From the NCBI GenBank assembly GCA_042217555.1, contig JBDGSL010000002.1, positions 64,001 through 128,000 on the forward strand: a stretch of DNA of 64,000 bases, read 5' to 3'. Below the pieces are notes generated by a model. It did no database searches and had not been told where the DNA came from. It saw nothing but the letters and a program-made list of their open reading frames with translations. This stretch comes from Candidatus Nanohalobium sp. GTDB lineage: Archaea; Nanohalarchaeota; Nanosalinia; Nanosalinales; Nanosalinaceae. This document shows, in pieces, positions 8,691-18,379 of this stretch (its first letter is position 1; every line of letters starts with the position of its first letter). The position numbers and the translations under genes are program-made.

Positions 8691-11600
8691 TCAACTCTTC
8701 AAACCATCAGTATCAATACAAGTCTCCACAGGAGGAGACTCACCCGCCGAATTATACGCCCGAACCCTGTAACACACATACCTCCCAGGCCCAAGCTCCG
8801 AACCAGAGTCAAGGAAAGACTCACTGTTCGCAGGAACCTGGCCAATCCTCTCAAAACTCCCCGACAAATTACTGTAAACACGGAAACCAGACTCCATACT
8901 CGAATTATCCGTCCACGTCAAATTCACATCATACGTAGAAAAGTTGTAACTCTCACTCGTAGTCGAAACACCATCACTAACAACCACCCTCCACCGATAC
9001 ACCGCATCCCGAACCAAGTCATTCCACACAGCACTCACAGAACCATTACCATCCAAACTAAACGAATCAATAACACCGCCACTAGAAGCATTCAAAAACC
9101 TACCGCTCAAAGACTGACCATCCGCATCACCAACACGCACAGACAACTCACCATCCCTGTAGTAAACATTAGTATCATCAGGACTACCCTCACTCACCAC
9201 AGGCCTAGAATTCAAAGACACAGGCTCACGAGGCACACCAAACCCAAACGACTCCAAAACAGGAGTACTCCTCGCATCACCACTACTCAAATTAAACTGA
9301 GCCTGCACATACTGATTATTTTGCATATCAAGACCCACGTCACTCTGAGAAGTCCAAGCACTCCAACCACTAACATTCGCCAACGAAACACTCTCAACCT
9401 CCGGAACACCACCACTGGAACCAGTCAAGGAGTTGAGCTTGAACTGGTAATACTCGCCGGAATTATTGACGCTGAGACTTGAACCTGTGAAGTCTCTGGT
9501 TGTGGAGGAGAATTTGGATATTCGATAAATATCCTTGATTTTAGACTTAGATAAGCCTTCTGAGTAGACTCTGACTTCGTCTATACTTCCATTGAAGTAG
9601 TCTGCCCATCCGGAACCCATGTATAAGGCGTTGCTTGAATCGTCAATATTGCCTGTTGCCGATTTATTGGAAGCTACAATTTTTCCATTGACATAAAGCC
9701 TCATAACACTCCCATTGTATGTACCTGTATAGTGCTTCCATCTACTAGACAGTTCAGGCCCTATTAGAGTGTCTACTCCTTGGATGTGGAATAAAACGTT
9801 ATCTGTCCAACTACCGCCGCCTGTTTCTAATCCATAGTCTGCATAGTTGTAGTATGCTTCCTTGCCTCCTTTTGCTATCAGTTTAGTGTGCTCAAGGTCA
9901 TTCTCTTTGAATTGAATCCAGCCAGATACTGTAACCTCGTCAGTAGGGCTAATTGAAGAGCTATCTTCTATCTCTACAAATTTCTGCGACTTGTCGAAAT
10001 CTAGCGCCTGACCGCTGTAACCACTTACTCTCTGAGGATCACTGCTTGAATCAGAAGCATTAGGCCCGAGAGTACCGCTGTTACCGTTACCACTGGCATC
10101 CATCACTGTCTGCCCCACACCTTCAAAGCTGTAACTCGCCACCAGGGAATCGCTCTCCGGATCCGACTCCCGGCTCCTAACCTGAAGACTGGTAGAGGCC
10201 CAGCTCTGCGAAGGAGCATTATAGAGGGCCTTGATAGAGCTAGTAGACAGGGACTGGTTGTAGATGCGGATGTCGTCGATTTGGCCGTCTGTCCAATCAT
10301 TTTGGTGTGCTCCTATGACTAGATCGGAAGTTGTTGAATCGATTCTAACACTGGAAGATTCTGTCCCTACGTTTTCTCCATCTCTATAGAAAGTTGCCGT
10401 GGCTGAGTTGTTTTGGAAGCTTACTGCAACGTGATACCATGTATTGTTTTTCCAATTTAATGTGTTTGATGTGTATGCATTTCCATATAACCCTAGCCAG
10501 AGCGCATCATCCTTTTTTACCCCTCCTAGATCTGGTGCAAATGTGTAACCGTTGTTCTTATCGAGAATATAATGTGTTGTTGTAGTTTTGTTGGGTTTAA
10601 ACCAAGCGGAAAAAGTGACATCCTGGCCACTTAGGTCTAAGGTGTCCCCTACGTTAATATAATCACCCTTATCAAATTCAAGACAACCCTTGTACCGGCA
10701 GTCTTCCTTCCATGTCGGATCGCTGCTCTCGCTGCTGGTGGAGCCTCCAAGTGTCCCGTTCTGATTCTTTCCTGCTGAGTCAACTGCTACCTGGCCTGAA
10801 CCTGAGTCGAACCGCCACTGCGCCATCGGCTTCAAATCAGTGCCTTTCTGCGTCTGCTTCCACTGCGCCCAGTTCACGTTCGAGGCCTTGATCCATTCAC
10901 TGGTGTAAGAACCAGAGGTGTAGAGAGATTTGATTTCTTGTGTGGATAGGGAGCGACTATACAGCCTCACTTCATCAATTACCCCTTCAAATAGATTCCT
11001 ATTACTTCCAATTGCTTGAACTCCTACAGTTTTATCTGCATTGGCGGTGCTCATTGATGATGACTCATTTAGTGTACCAATCATGCGGCCGTTTAAGTAA
11101 GCTTTATGTAGCGATCCGTTAAAGGTCAAACTTGCATGATACCACGTTTTGGTCTTTCCATCATGACTCGCGATATATCCTCCGTTCCCTCCTCGCTCCG
11201 AATAGAATCCAATTTTGCCAGTATTATCGTCAATAAATATCTCTATTCTGTTGTTGCCGTCTACACCATAGGAATAGATTATTTGATTGTTTTTGGGGTT
11301 CTCCACCTTAAACCAGGTGCTCATTGTGTAGGGGCTGTTCCCTTCTGCATAGTCGGAAACCTGTAGGTCTATCTTATCATCTTTTCCATCGAAGCTGTAT
11401 GCGTTGCTCTGAGGCCTGAATCCTTCTGCGTAGGTGTCGACTCCGCCGTTCAGTGTTCCTGTGTTGCCGTTGCCGCTCCAGTCCCTTACCCCGTTTGGAT
11501 TGGTGTTTTCGAACCGCCAGTACCCGACCAGGCCTTCTGTCGGCCCGGAGAAGCTGGAGCTTCCTTCAACCCATTCACTGTATTCACTGGTTTTCTTGAC

Positions 11601-14600
11601 TTCTGAAGCGGTCTGCACCCGGCCCTCGATGTTGCCGGAGTTTAAGTCTTCGCTCCATGAGAAGCTGTCCCAGGAAATCTTCTTACCAGCATCGAAGAAG
11701 CTGGATGTGAAAAGGCCTGGTGAAGGATTGTATATACTTCTTATTCTCTTGAGGTCCAGTGCATCATAATATATACGGAACTCGTCTAATTTACCGTTGA
11801 AGCTTGCACCTGCGTGCGTCGCATCTCTAAGAGAACCGAATTCCTGGCTGAAACTTGCCTCTGATCCTCCTCCTACCATTCCATATCTCGTAATCCCTGT
11901 TCCTACTTTTCCAAAGTTTGAGAGGTTCTTTTTTGCTTTCACCTCTCCATCAACTATAATTTTCTGCTTGGAACCGGTAGAGTCGTAGAGACCGCAAATA
12001 TGATGCCAGCTTCCATAACTATAATTCTTCGCAGTGAATAAATCGCTTGTAGTGCCACTACTGTTTGTCAGATCCCAGCCCACCGTATTATTCGAACTGG
12101 AAAATTCGCTATTTAATGATAATCTCCAGTATTCACTGCGATCGAATGAAGCAATAAACTGCCCTTCCTTACCCTTTTCAGGTCCTTTTGATTTTACCCA
12201 CGAACAGACTGTTATTTCGTCTATTTGTCCTTTCTGGCTGTATTTTATTCCAGATATTTGCACGTAATCGTCTGATCCATCAAACCTGTATGATTTGGTT
12301 TGCCTAATGCCTTTTTTACCCGTCATTTGTGTGGCTTCTCCGGTTTCGTGGCTCCACCCGCTTCCTGATCGGTTGTAAGTATTTAATTCAAAGTTCCGAG
12401 GAGTACCATTAATCTTGTTACCTGTCTCGCCTTTTAGACAACCATTTCCTGAGGATGAGATATTTATTTTACATTCTCCAGGACCTTCGCGGAAGCTCTG
12501 ATGCATTACTAGGCCTTCGTCTTCTCCGGGTACTGATTCTCCTTGGTAGATGTCTTTGATTTCGAATTTGGAGAGTGAGGTGTTGTAGAGTCTTGGTTCG
12601 TCGATGTGGCCTTTGAAGTACCAGTCTCCGGAGTCTAGGCCTTTGCTTCCGATCAGTGTTTCTCCGCCGGTCTGTGGTGATACTTCTCTGTTGTTGGTGT
12701 CTACGAGTTTGCCGTCGATGTAGAGCTTGAGTGCTTCGCTGGATAGTTTTCCGGTCACCATGTGCCATCTTCCTGCGTCAAGGTTTGCGTTCGCTACCGC
12801 TACCTCGTCTTTGCTTCCATCGGAGATATGCAGTTTGAGATCTCCGTTCTCGGTGTACAATGCGTAGGCAAGGTTTTCGGTGACAGTGCCTGACTGGTTC
12901 TTGCCATGCCACAGAACTGTGTTGATGCCGTTGCCGTTTGACTTCACCCATGCATTTATCGTGAACTCAAGGCTCTGATCGAATACCGGGCTTTCAGAGA
13001 GATTGATCGTGTCGTTCACTCCGTCGAACTCGATGCTGGAACCGCTCAAAACTCCGGTGTTGCCGTTACCCGACCTGTCCTCCACTGTCCTGTCCTCGCC
13101 GTTGAAGTTGTAGTAGGCGACCAAGCTGCCTCCCGGCTGGTAACCTGAGCCAAGCTTCACTTCATCCGCAGTGTCGGCCTCTGTCGAGGAGAAAACGCCG
13201 TCCCGGAACTGCCGGGTAAAGCTTTCAACGTAACGCGAGATGTTCACGGCGAAACCTTTCACAGTACCGGCCGAAGTCGACACGTTATCATTATTGAAGA
13301 CGATGGAAGTGTCGAAGACGCTGTGTGTCCGGTTCCAGTCAAAAGTAAACACCTCCTTACCTCCCGAAAGCTCCGCCGTATTCAACTCGGAGAAACCACC
13401 TATGGCATCCGGACTACCCACCATCCTCGCAGAAATCGAACCATTAGCAGGACTGAAAACCCCTCCACGAATACCCGCCCGCGTAGGATCCCTGAAATTG
13501 CTCCTAGTCGTCAACTCTCCTCTCTGAGAAGTAGAGTAAAGAGACTGGACCTCAGAAGGCGTGAGAGAGCGGTTGTAGATGCGGACCTCGTCAAGAGATC
13601 CAACGAGTGATCCTACTATTCCACTACCATTATTATTGTGTCTTGCTCCAATTACTGGCTTTAAGCTGCTCATATGGAAATCTGTGTTGCTTTCGCCTAC
13701 TTTCTCGCCATCTATGAAGAGAGTAGTTGTATTGTTTCTATTATGAGTTGCACTTATCATGTGCCACTCGTTATCCAAAAGGTTCCTGTTGGAGAGATTA
13801 ATCGCCACTTTATCGCCACCAAACTCTGGTCCTGTAAACAAGAGGTGGTTATAATTGCCGGTGTTTGGAATTCCGTTTGTGTCAAGAGTTAGTACCCACC
13901 CTCTATTATTGTCCCAATAGTCATGACCAAAGATGTTATTCCATCCTAAATCTCTGTCTCTTTTTTTAATCCAAGTGGAGAATGTAAAGCTTCCGCTGTA
14001 AGGCCTTGAATTATTGATTTTTACATAAGTGTTATTGGTTTCAAAATCATATCCACTGGTCCCCAGAACCCCGTCAACTCCCTGAGTCGGATCGCTGGAG
14101 TCGCTGGAATTGCTTGAACCCAGTGTTCCATGGTTGCCGTGGCCGGAGAGATCGTAGGCCTTCTGTCCTGAGTCCTCGTCCAGGCTCCAGTACCCGACCA
14201 GGCCTTCATCTCTAGTTAACTGCCGCATATCGCGGCCGAACGTCCCGTGCTGGTAGAGTTCGTGGATTTCCTGAGAGTTTAATTCCCTACTATAGATTTT
14301 TACTTCGTCTAGAGTACCATTCATTAAGGCCTTTCGATTATTAGACCCTCCTATAACTAGTTTGTCGTTGTTATTGATGTCTCCCTTCTGGAATTTGCTC
14401 TTATTATCTAATCTTCCGTTGATATAAATGCTTCCAGTACTCTCAGATACGTCTCTTTTAACTGTAATGTGGGTCCAAACATGCTTCGAGATGTTTGATT
14501 CACTTGTGAAGCTTTGCCACTCGCTGCACTGGCTACATTTAGATCCCCACCGAATATTTTTGTTGCCAAAGTGATTGTACATAACTAAAAATCTAGCATG

Positions 14601-16442
14601 TGGTGCCAGTTCCTTACTACTAATAAACCACTGGGACTGGTTGGATTCAAATTTAGCCCATATTGATATTGAAATGTCTCCTTCCCCGTTCCAAACATCT
14701 TCTACATTTACTGTTTGGTTAGCATCAAATTCCAAGGCCTTACCTATCTTCCCATCAGTATAACTTGGCTGCGTAAAGTCGCTGGTGTTGCCCAGTACTC
14801 CGTCGTGGTTGCCCCATTCATCTTCTACTACGCGGTCGCCGTCGTTGTTGTCAAAGCTCCAGTACGCGACACCGCCTTCCTTGTCGCCCGGCGGCGTGGC
14901 GTAGCGGCCTGCTCCTTGCTCGTATAATCTTGTGATAGCTGATTTGGATAAAGGTCTGCCATACACCCTCACATCTTGCAGTTTCCCATTGAAAGCATTG
15001 TAATTTTCTCCAGTTTTCCATTCTCCACCTATTGTTTCGGGTCCTGTATCAATACCCCATGTCCCATTATCATCCGCTAAGTGTGCTTCGAGCTTACCAT
15101 TGACGTATATAGACCGGGTATCTTCTTTAAGATTTGCTACTGCTGCTACATGATACCATTTATCCTCTTCTATCACTCCCTTGTCTGTGTCTAAGCTTAC
15201 TTGAGACATATTACGGGAATAGAAACGTAGAGCTCCCGTCCCGGGATCACCATAGGATAGGGCATACCCTCCCGTGTTATTGGCGTCGTCAGCGAAAATT
15301 CTCTGTCCAGACATTGAATCATTATGTGTTTTCATCCATGCAGAGATCGTAAAGCTGCTCTGTATATTTTTAAAGTTTTTAACTTTTATTGTAGTATTTC
15401 TACCATTAAATAAAGCGCTTTTGCTTCCTCCCACTCCGGCATATCCTAGTTTAGGATCATACTCATCGCTTGAGGTGTTTGTGCCCAATATACCGTCTCT
15501 ATTTTTGGAAGAAAGATCCTCTACTATTTGACCTGAGGTTTCGTGCAGCGGCCACCATCCGACCAGGCCTGATTGAAGGGTGTCGCCTGGCCCGATTCTT
15601 TGCTCGGTGTTGCGCTGGTAAAGTTTCTGGACTTCTTTGGTGGAGAGGGCGCGGTCGTAGATGCGTACAGAGTCGATGGAGCCGTTGAAGTTGTAACTGT
15701 TGTCTTTTAGTGCTCCAATTGTTAAGGGGGTGTCATTCGGTTTCAGATCAAGAGATACTTGATTGTTTTGACTGTCTTTGTTTCCGTCTACGTATACTGT
15801 TGTTGTGTTTGTGGCATCGTTGTGTGTCATGGAGATGTGGTGCCATGTGCCGTCAGTTACGTCTGTATCTCCATCTGCTGCTTGGGAAGCGCTCCATGTT
15901 GTTCCGTCTCCGATCAGCCCTCTTACTGTTCCATTGGATAGTATAATCAGCTGGTACGTGAATGTCTTTCTAACTATTTTCATATTGGAGTCTTCTTCGC
16001 TTTTCACCCATGCACTGATGCTCACTTCATTTTTAGCATCCAGTGCACTAGTATCGTTTACTTCAACCAAATCATCTGCGCCATCAAAACTAAGTGAGTG
16101 ACTCCCAATTCTGGAGCTTGTGTTCCATGCCGGGTCGCTGGTTCCGGTAGAGGTGTTGCTTCCTAGTATTCCGTTGTTGTTTAGTGCTGAGTCGTTGGCG
16201 TACTGTCCGCGTCCCTCATCAAATTTGTAGTATGCGATTAGGCCTTGTGTTATGCTGCCGTATTTGTAGCCCTGTGTTAGTTTGTTGTCGGGGTGGTCTT
16301 GTATGCCGTCCCATGTTACTCCTGAGTGGTCGGCGGCGTTTCTCCAGCCGTAGCTCTGTCGGTATTCCTGGTTGAGTGCTGTTGCTGTTCCGGTGAGTAG
16401 GAGTAGTGCTAGGATTGCTGAGAATGTTTTTCCTTTATTCAT
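8691..16442 (-). CDS. Giant secreted surface protein/adhesin, 2583 aa: signal peptide, nine LamG (ConA-like) domains, C-terminal FN3-like domain
   Basis: Sec signal MNKGKTFSAILALLLLTGTATA; nine repeats GLVxYW.F...W.H......YxDG...G.IDEVRIY.R.L; C-terminal VNLTWTDNS...YRVRAYNSAGES. Confidence 0.9.
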   Translation of the reverse strand: MNKGKTFSAILALLLLTGTATALNQEYRQSYGWRNAADHSGVTWDGIQDHPDNKLTQGYKYGSITQGLIAYYKFDEGRGQYANDSALNNNGILGSNTSTGTSDPAWNTSSRIGSHSLSFDGADDLVEVNDTSALDAKNEVSISAWVKSEEDSNMKIVRKTFTYQLIILSNGTVRGLIGDGTTWSASQAADGDTDVTDGTWHHISMTHNDATNTTTVYVDGNKDSQNNQVSLDLKPNDTPLTIGALKDNSYNFNGSIDSVRIYDRALSTKEVQKLYQRNTEQRIGPGDTLQSGLVGWWPLHETSGQIVEDLSSKNRDGILGTNTSSDEYDPKLGYAGVGGSKSALFNGRNTTIKVKNFKNIQSSFTISAWMKTHNDSMSGQRIFADDANNTGGYALSYGDPGTGALRFYSRNMSQVSLDTDKGVIEEDKWYHVAAVANLKEDTRSIYVNGKLEAHLADDNGTWGIDTGPETIGGEWKTGENYNAFNGKLQDVRVYGRPLSKSAITRLYEQGAGRYATPPGDKEGGVAYWSFDNNDGDRVVEDEWGNHDGVLGNTSDFTQPSYTDGKIGKALEFDANQTVNVEDVWNGEGDISISIWAKFESNQSQWFISSKELAPHARFLVMYNHFGNKNIRWGSKCSQCSEWQSFTSESNISKHVWTHITVKRDVSESTGSIYINGRLDNKSKFQKGDINNNDKLVIGGSNNRKALMNGTLDEVKIYSRELNSQEIHELYQHGTFGRDMRQLTRDEGLVGYWSLDEDSGQKAYDLSGHGNHGTLGSSNSSDSSDPTQGVDGVLGTSGYDFETNNTYVKINNSRPYSGSFTFSTWIKKRDRDLGWNNIFGHDYWDNNRGWVLTLDTNGIPNTGNYNHLLFTGPEFGGDKVAINLSNRNLLDNEWHMISATHNRNNTTTLFIDGEKVGESNTDFHMSSLKPVIGARHNNNGSGIVGSLVGSLDEVRIYNRSLTPSEVQSLYSTSQRGELTTRSNFRDPTRAGIRGGVFSPANGSISARMVGSPDAIGGFSELNTAELSGGKEVFTFDWNRTHSVFDTSIVFNNDNVSTSAGTVKGFAVNISRYVESFTRQFRDGVFSSTEADTADEVKLGSGYQPGGSLVAYYNFNGEDRTVEDRSGNGNTGVLSGSSIEFDGVNDTINLSESPVFDQSLEFTINAWVKSNGNGINTVLWHGKNQSGTVTENLAYALYTENGDLKLHISDGSKDEVAVANANLDAGRWHMVTGKLSSEALKLYIDGKLVDTNNREVSPQTGGETLIGSKGLDSGDWYFKGHIDEPRLYNTSLSKFEIKDIYQGESVPGEDEGLVMHQSFREGPGECKINISSSGNGCLKGETGNKINGTPRNFELNTYNRSGSGWSHETGEATQMTGKKGIRQTKSYRFDGSDDYVQISGIKYSQKGQIDEITVCSWVKSKGPEKGKEGQFIASFDRSEYWRLSLNSEFSSSNNTVGWDLTNSSGTTSDLFTAKNYSYGSWHHICGLYDSTGSKQKIIVDGEVKAKKNLSNFGKVGTGITRYGMVGGGSEASFSQEFGSLRDATHAGASFNGKLDEFRIYYDALDLKRIRSIYNPSPGLFTSSFFDAGKKISWDSFSWSEDLNSGNIEGRVQTASEVKKTSEYSEWVEGSSSFSGPTEGLVGYWRFENTNPNGVRDWSGNGNTGTLNGGVDTYAEGFRPQSNAYSFDGKDDKIDLQVSDYAEGNSPYTMSTWFKVENPKNNQIIYSYGVDGNNRIEIFIDDNTGKIGFYSERGGNGGYIASHDGKTKTWYHASLTFNGSLHKAYLNGRMIGTLNESSSMSTANADKTVGVQAIGSNRNLFEGVIDEVRLYSRSLSTQEIKSLYTSGSYTSEWIKASNVNWAQWKQTQKGTDLKPMAQWRFDSGSGQVAVDSAGKNQNGTLGGSTSSESSDPTWKEDCRYKGCLEFDKGDYINVGDTLDLSGQDVTFSAWFKPNKTTTTHYILDKNNGYTFAPDLGGVKKDDALWLGLYGNAYTSNTLNWKNNTWYHVAVSFQNNSATATFYRDGENVGTESSSVRIDSTTSDLVIGAHQNDWTDGQIDDIRIYNQSLSTSSIKALYNAPSQSWASTSLQVRSRESDPESDSLVASYSFEGVGQTVMDASGNGNSGTLGPNASDSSSDPQRVSGYSGQALDFDKSQKFVEIEDSSSISPTDEVTVSGWIQFKENDLEHTKLIAKGGKEAYYNYADYGLETGGGSWTDNVLFHIQGVDTLIGPELSSRWKHYTGTYNGSVMRLYVNGKIVASNKSATGNIDDSSNALYMGSGWADYFNGSIDEVRVYSEGLSKSKIKDIYRISKFSSTTRDFTGSSLSVNNSGEYYQFKLNSLTGSSGGVPEVESVSLANVSGWSAWTSQSDVGLDMQNNQYVQAQFNLSSGDARSTPVLESFGFGVPREPVSLNSRPVVSEGSPDDTNVYYRDGELSVRVGDADGQSLSGRFLNASSGGVIDSFSLDGNGSVSAVWNDLVRDAVYRWRVVVSDGVSTTSESYNFSTYDVNLTWTDNSSMESGFRVYSNLSGSFERIGQVPANSESFLDSGSELGPGRYVCYRVRAYNSAGESPPVETCIDTDGLKS

Positions 16443-16724
16443 GTATTGAAGTCCTTGTGTTGTTCTACGGTTTCTTTGTTTTTTATCTGGTGTGGTTGAG
16501 GGAGAGAGGGTTAGAACTTGTTCACAGGCCGGTGTTTCTTGATGTGTTTATGTGTTCTGTCTTGTTTCTTTTTAGTTTTCGGCCCTGAGGTTGCATGTTT
16601 TCATTTGGAAGGTGTTCTGGAGTTAGTGTTTCTTGTTAGTTTGATTTTGGTGCTAAGTGTTCAACCGCTGATAAGTCTTTTGGCTGTTAGCACTAAAACA
16701 GCCCTGTTTTGGTGCTTATTTTTT

Positions 16725-16952
16725 ATGGCTAAAGATATGTCGGAGGAAACTAATGGAATGAGCTACAACACTTCCAATAGAGCTGTCCGACAGCTTATTG
16801 AGGACGGTATTATAGATCAGGTAGGGTCTAGGCAGAGAAATAAGAGGTACAAGTGTCAGGAGCTTCTTGATATACTTGAGGAGGAAGACATGAGGTTTGA
16901 GGAAGAAGAGAAAAGACAGATAAGTCTTACCGAGACAGAGGAAGAGCTTTAA
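16725..16952 (+). pseudogene. Short winged-HTH ORF, probably a C-terminal remnant of a Fic-family-like gene
   Basis: MSYNTSNRAVRQLIEDGIIDQVGSRQRNKRYKCQELLDIL resembles the C-terminal HTH of Fic proteins; no upstream domain. Confidence 0.45.
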
Positions 16953-16956
16953 GCAT

Positions 16957-17385
16957 TTATCGTGTGATCTTGATCGGTTGTGATGGGAAGATGTATTCTC
17001 CGTTGGTTGTCATGTAGAGGTTCATGTTTTTCCGGGTTTTGGTCTGGTTGCCGGGTACTTCGTAGGTTGGGCCGTTGAAGGGGTTGGCTTCGACTGTGTA
17101 TGTGATGGTCCAGTTGTACATTTGGGTGTTTCCTATCTGTACTGTCTGAATGTTTTCTGTTGAAAGGTTGTAGGTGAATGGGTAGCTGAGTGGTCCGTTT
17201 TGAAGGTAGTTTTTACCGTTTTCTATGGCTGTTTCCCTGTCTACCTTGTCTGTTGGGGTTTCCGGTTTCTGGATGTTCTGTTCCTGTGGTTGGAGTGTCT
17301 GTGAGGTTATGAAGCCTGTTGCGAAGAAGGCTGCGAGCAGTGTGCCGATGATTATCTGTTGCAGGGGTAGTTGTTCGGTTTCCAT
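16957..17385 (-). CDS. Hypothetical membrane-anchored protein
   Basis: 142 aa; N-terminal hydrophobic helix then a T/N-rich external domain. Confidence 0.6.
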   Translation of the reverse strand: METEQLPLQQIIIGTLLAAFFATGFITSQTLQPQEQNIQKPETPTDKVDRETAIENGKNYLQNGPLSYPFTYNLSTENIQTVQIGNTQMYNWTITYTVEANPFNGPTYEVPGNQTKTRKNMNLYMTTNGEYIFPSQPIKITR

Positions 17386-17440
17386 GTCTGGTTTTTTGTT
17401 GGGTATGGTTTTTATTTTGTCCGTGTCTAATTTCTGTGTG

Positions 17441-17923
17441 ATGGTCGGGAAGGGGCAGTCTTCTATAGAGTATCTTACGACGTATGGATGGATGATACTG
17501 GCTGTAGCGGTTGTGGGAGGTGTAGCTTACGATAATATAGGTTCTAGCTGTACGCGTTCTTTTTCCGGTTTTTACAGTGGTGATGTTGAGGTGAAGAATT
17601 TTGGTGTGGATGGGGATGGAAGTTTCAAGGTCTCTCTTGAGAACGAGAAGTATTATACCCTGGAGGTGAAAAGGTTTAACGTGAGTTCTGAGGATTCCTC
17701 GCGTTACAAGGATTTAAGCGTGTCTATCAGTCCTGGAGGTGTGGCGCAGTTGAGTGTTCCTGGTTATTCGCATGCTGAGACGTGTAAAACCCTGGATGTT
17801 GAGATGGTGTATGATAAAGGGCCTTTGAAGGGTCAGGTGTTGAGGGGTACTGTACGTGCGCCTATAAGTATTGATGCGGTTGCTGTTCCGGCGGCTCCTT
17901 ACTCGCTGGGGGCGGAGGCCTGA
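17441..17923 (+). CDS. Type IV pilin
   Basis: ATG 17441 gives MVGKGQSSIEYLTTYGWMILAVAVVGG; paralogue of 3216-3695. Confidence 0.85.
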   Translation: MVGKGQSSIEYLTTYGWMILAVAVVGGVAYDNIGSSCTRSFSGFYSGDVEVKNFGVDGDGSFKVSLENEKYYTLEVKRFNVSSEDSSRYKDLSVSISPGGVAQLSVPGYSHAETCKTLDVEMVYDKGPLKGQVLRGTVRAPISIDAVAVPAAPYSLGAEA

Positions 17924-17929
17924 GAAGCT

Positions 17930-18337
17930 ATGTACGAGTTGCTTGGTCATACGGCGGATGAGAAGTTTAGGGTGAGGGCTGGTTCTCTGGAGGAGGCTTT
18001 TTCTGAGGTTACGAGGGCTTTCTCTGAAGTTGTCAAGGGTGATAGGGGGAGTGGTGTTCACAGTGTTTCGGTTGAGTCGGAGAGCTTGGAGGCGTTGCTG
18101 TTTGATTTTCTGGATCGGCTTATCTTTCTGCAGGATACTGAGGGTGTTGCTGTTTCACATGCTGAGAGCTTGGATGTGGAGGAGACGGAGAATGGTTACA
18201 GGCTTGAGGCGGATGTGGCTGTGGATTCGATCACTTCTGGTATGAACTTCACTGATGTTAAGGCTCCTACCTACAACGAGATGAGGGTTGATTATGAGGA
18301 CGGTCAGTGGGTGCTTGAAGCAGTCCTCGATGTGTAG
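17930..18337 (+). CDS. Archease (RtcB cofactor)
   Basis: YELLGHTAD...VKAPTYNEMRV...VLDV; adjacent to rtcB. Confidence 0.95.
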   Translation: MYELLGHTADEKFRVRAGSLEEAFSEVTRAFSEVVKGDRGSGVHSVSVESESLEALLFDFLDRLIFLQDTEGVAVSHAESLDVEETENGYRLEADVAVDSITSGMNFTDVKAPTYNEMRVDYEDGQWVLEAVLDV

Positions 18338-18379
18338 TCCGAACCAAACTTAACCGTTCCGCCCGCCTAGAAACAATAT

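Noticed and set aside
8691..16442. Diversity-generating retroelement acting on the LamG repeats
   Set aside because: No reverse transcriptase and no TR/VR pair differing at adenines is visible in this window.
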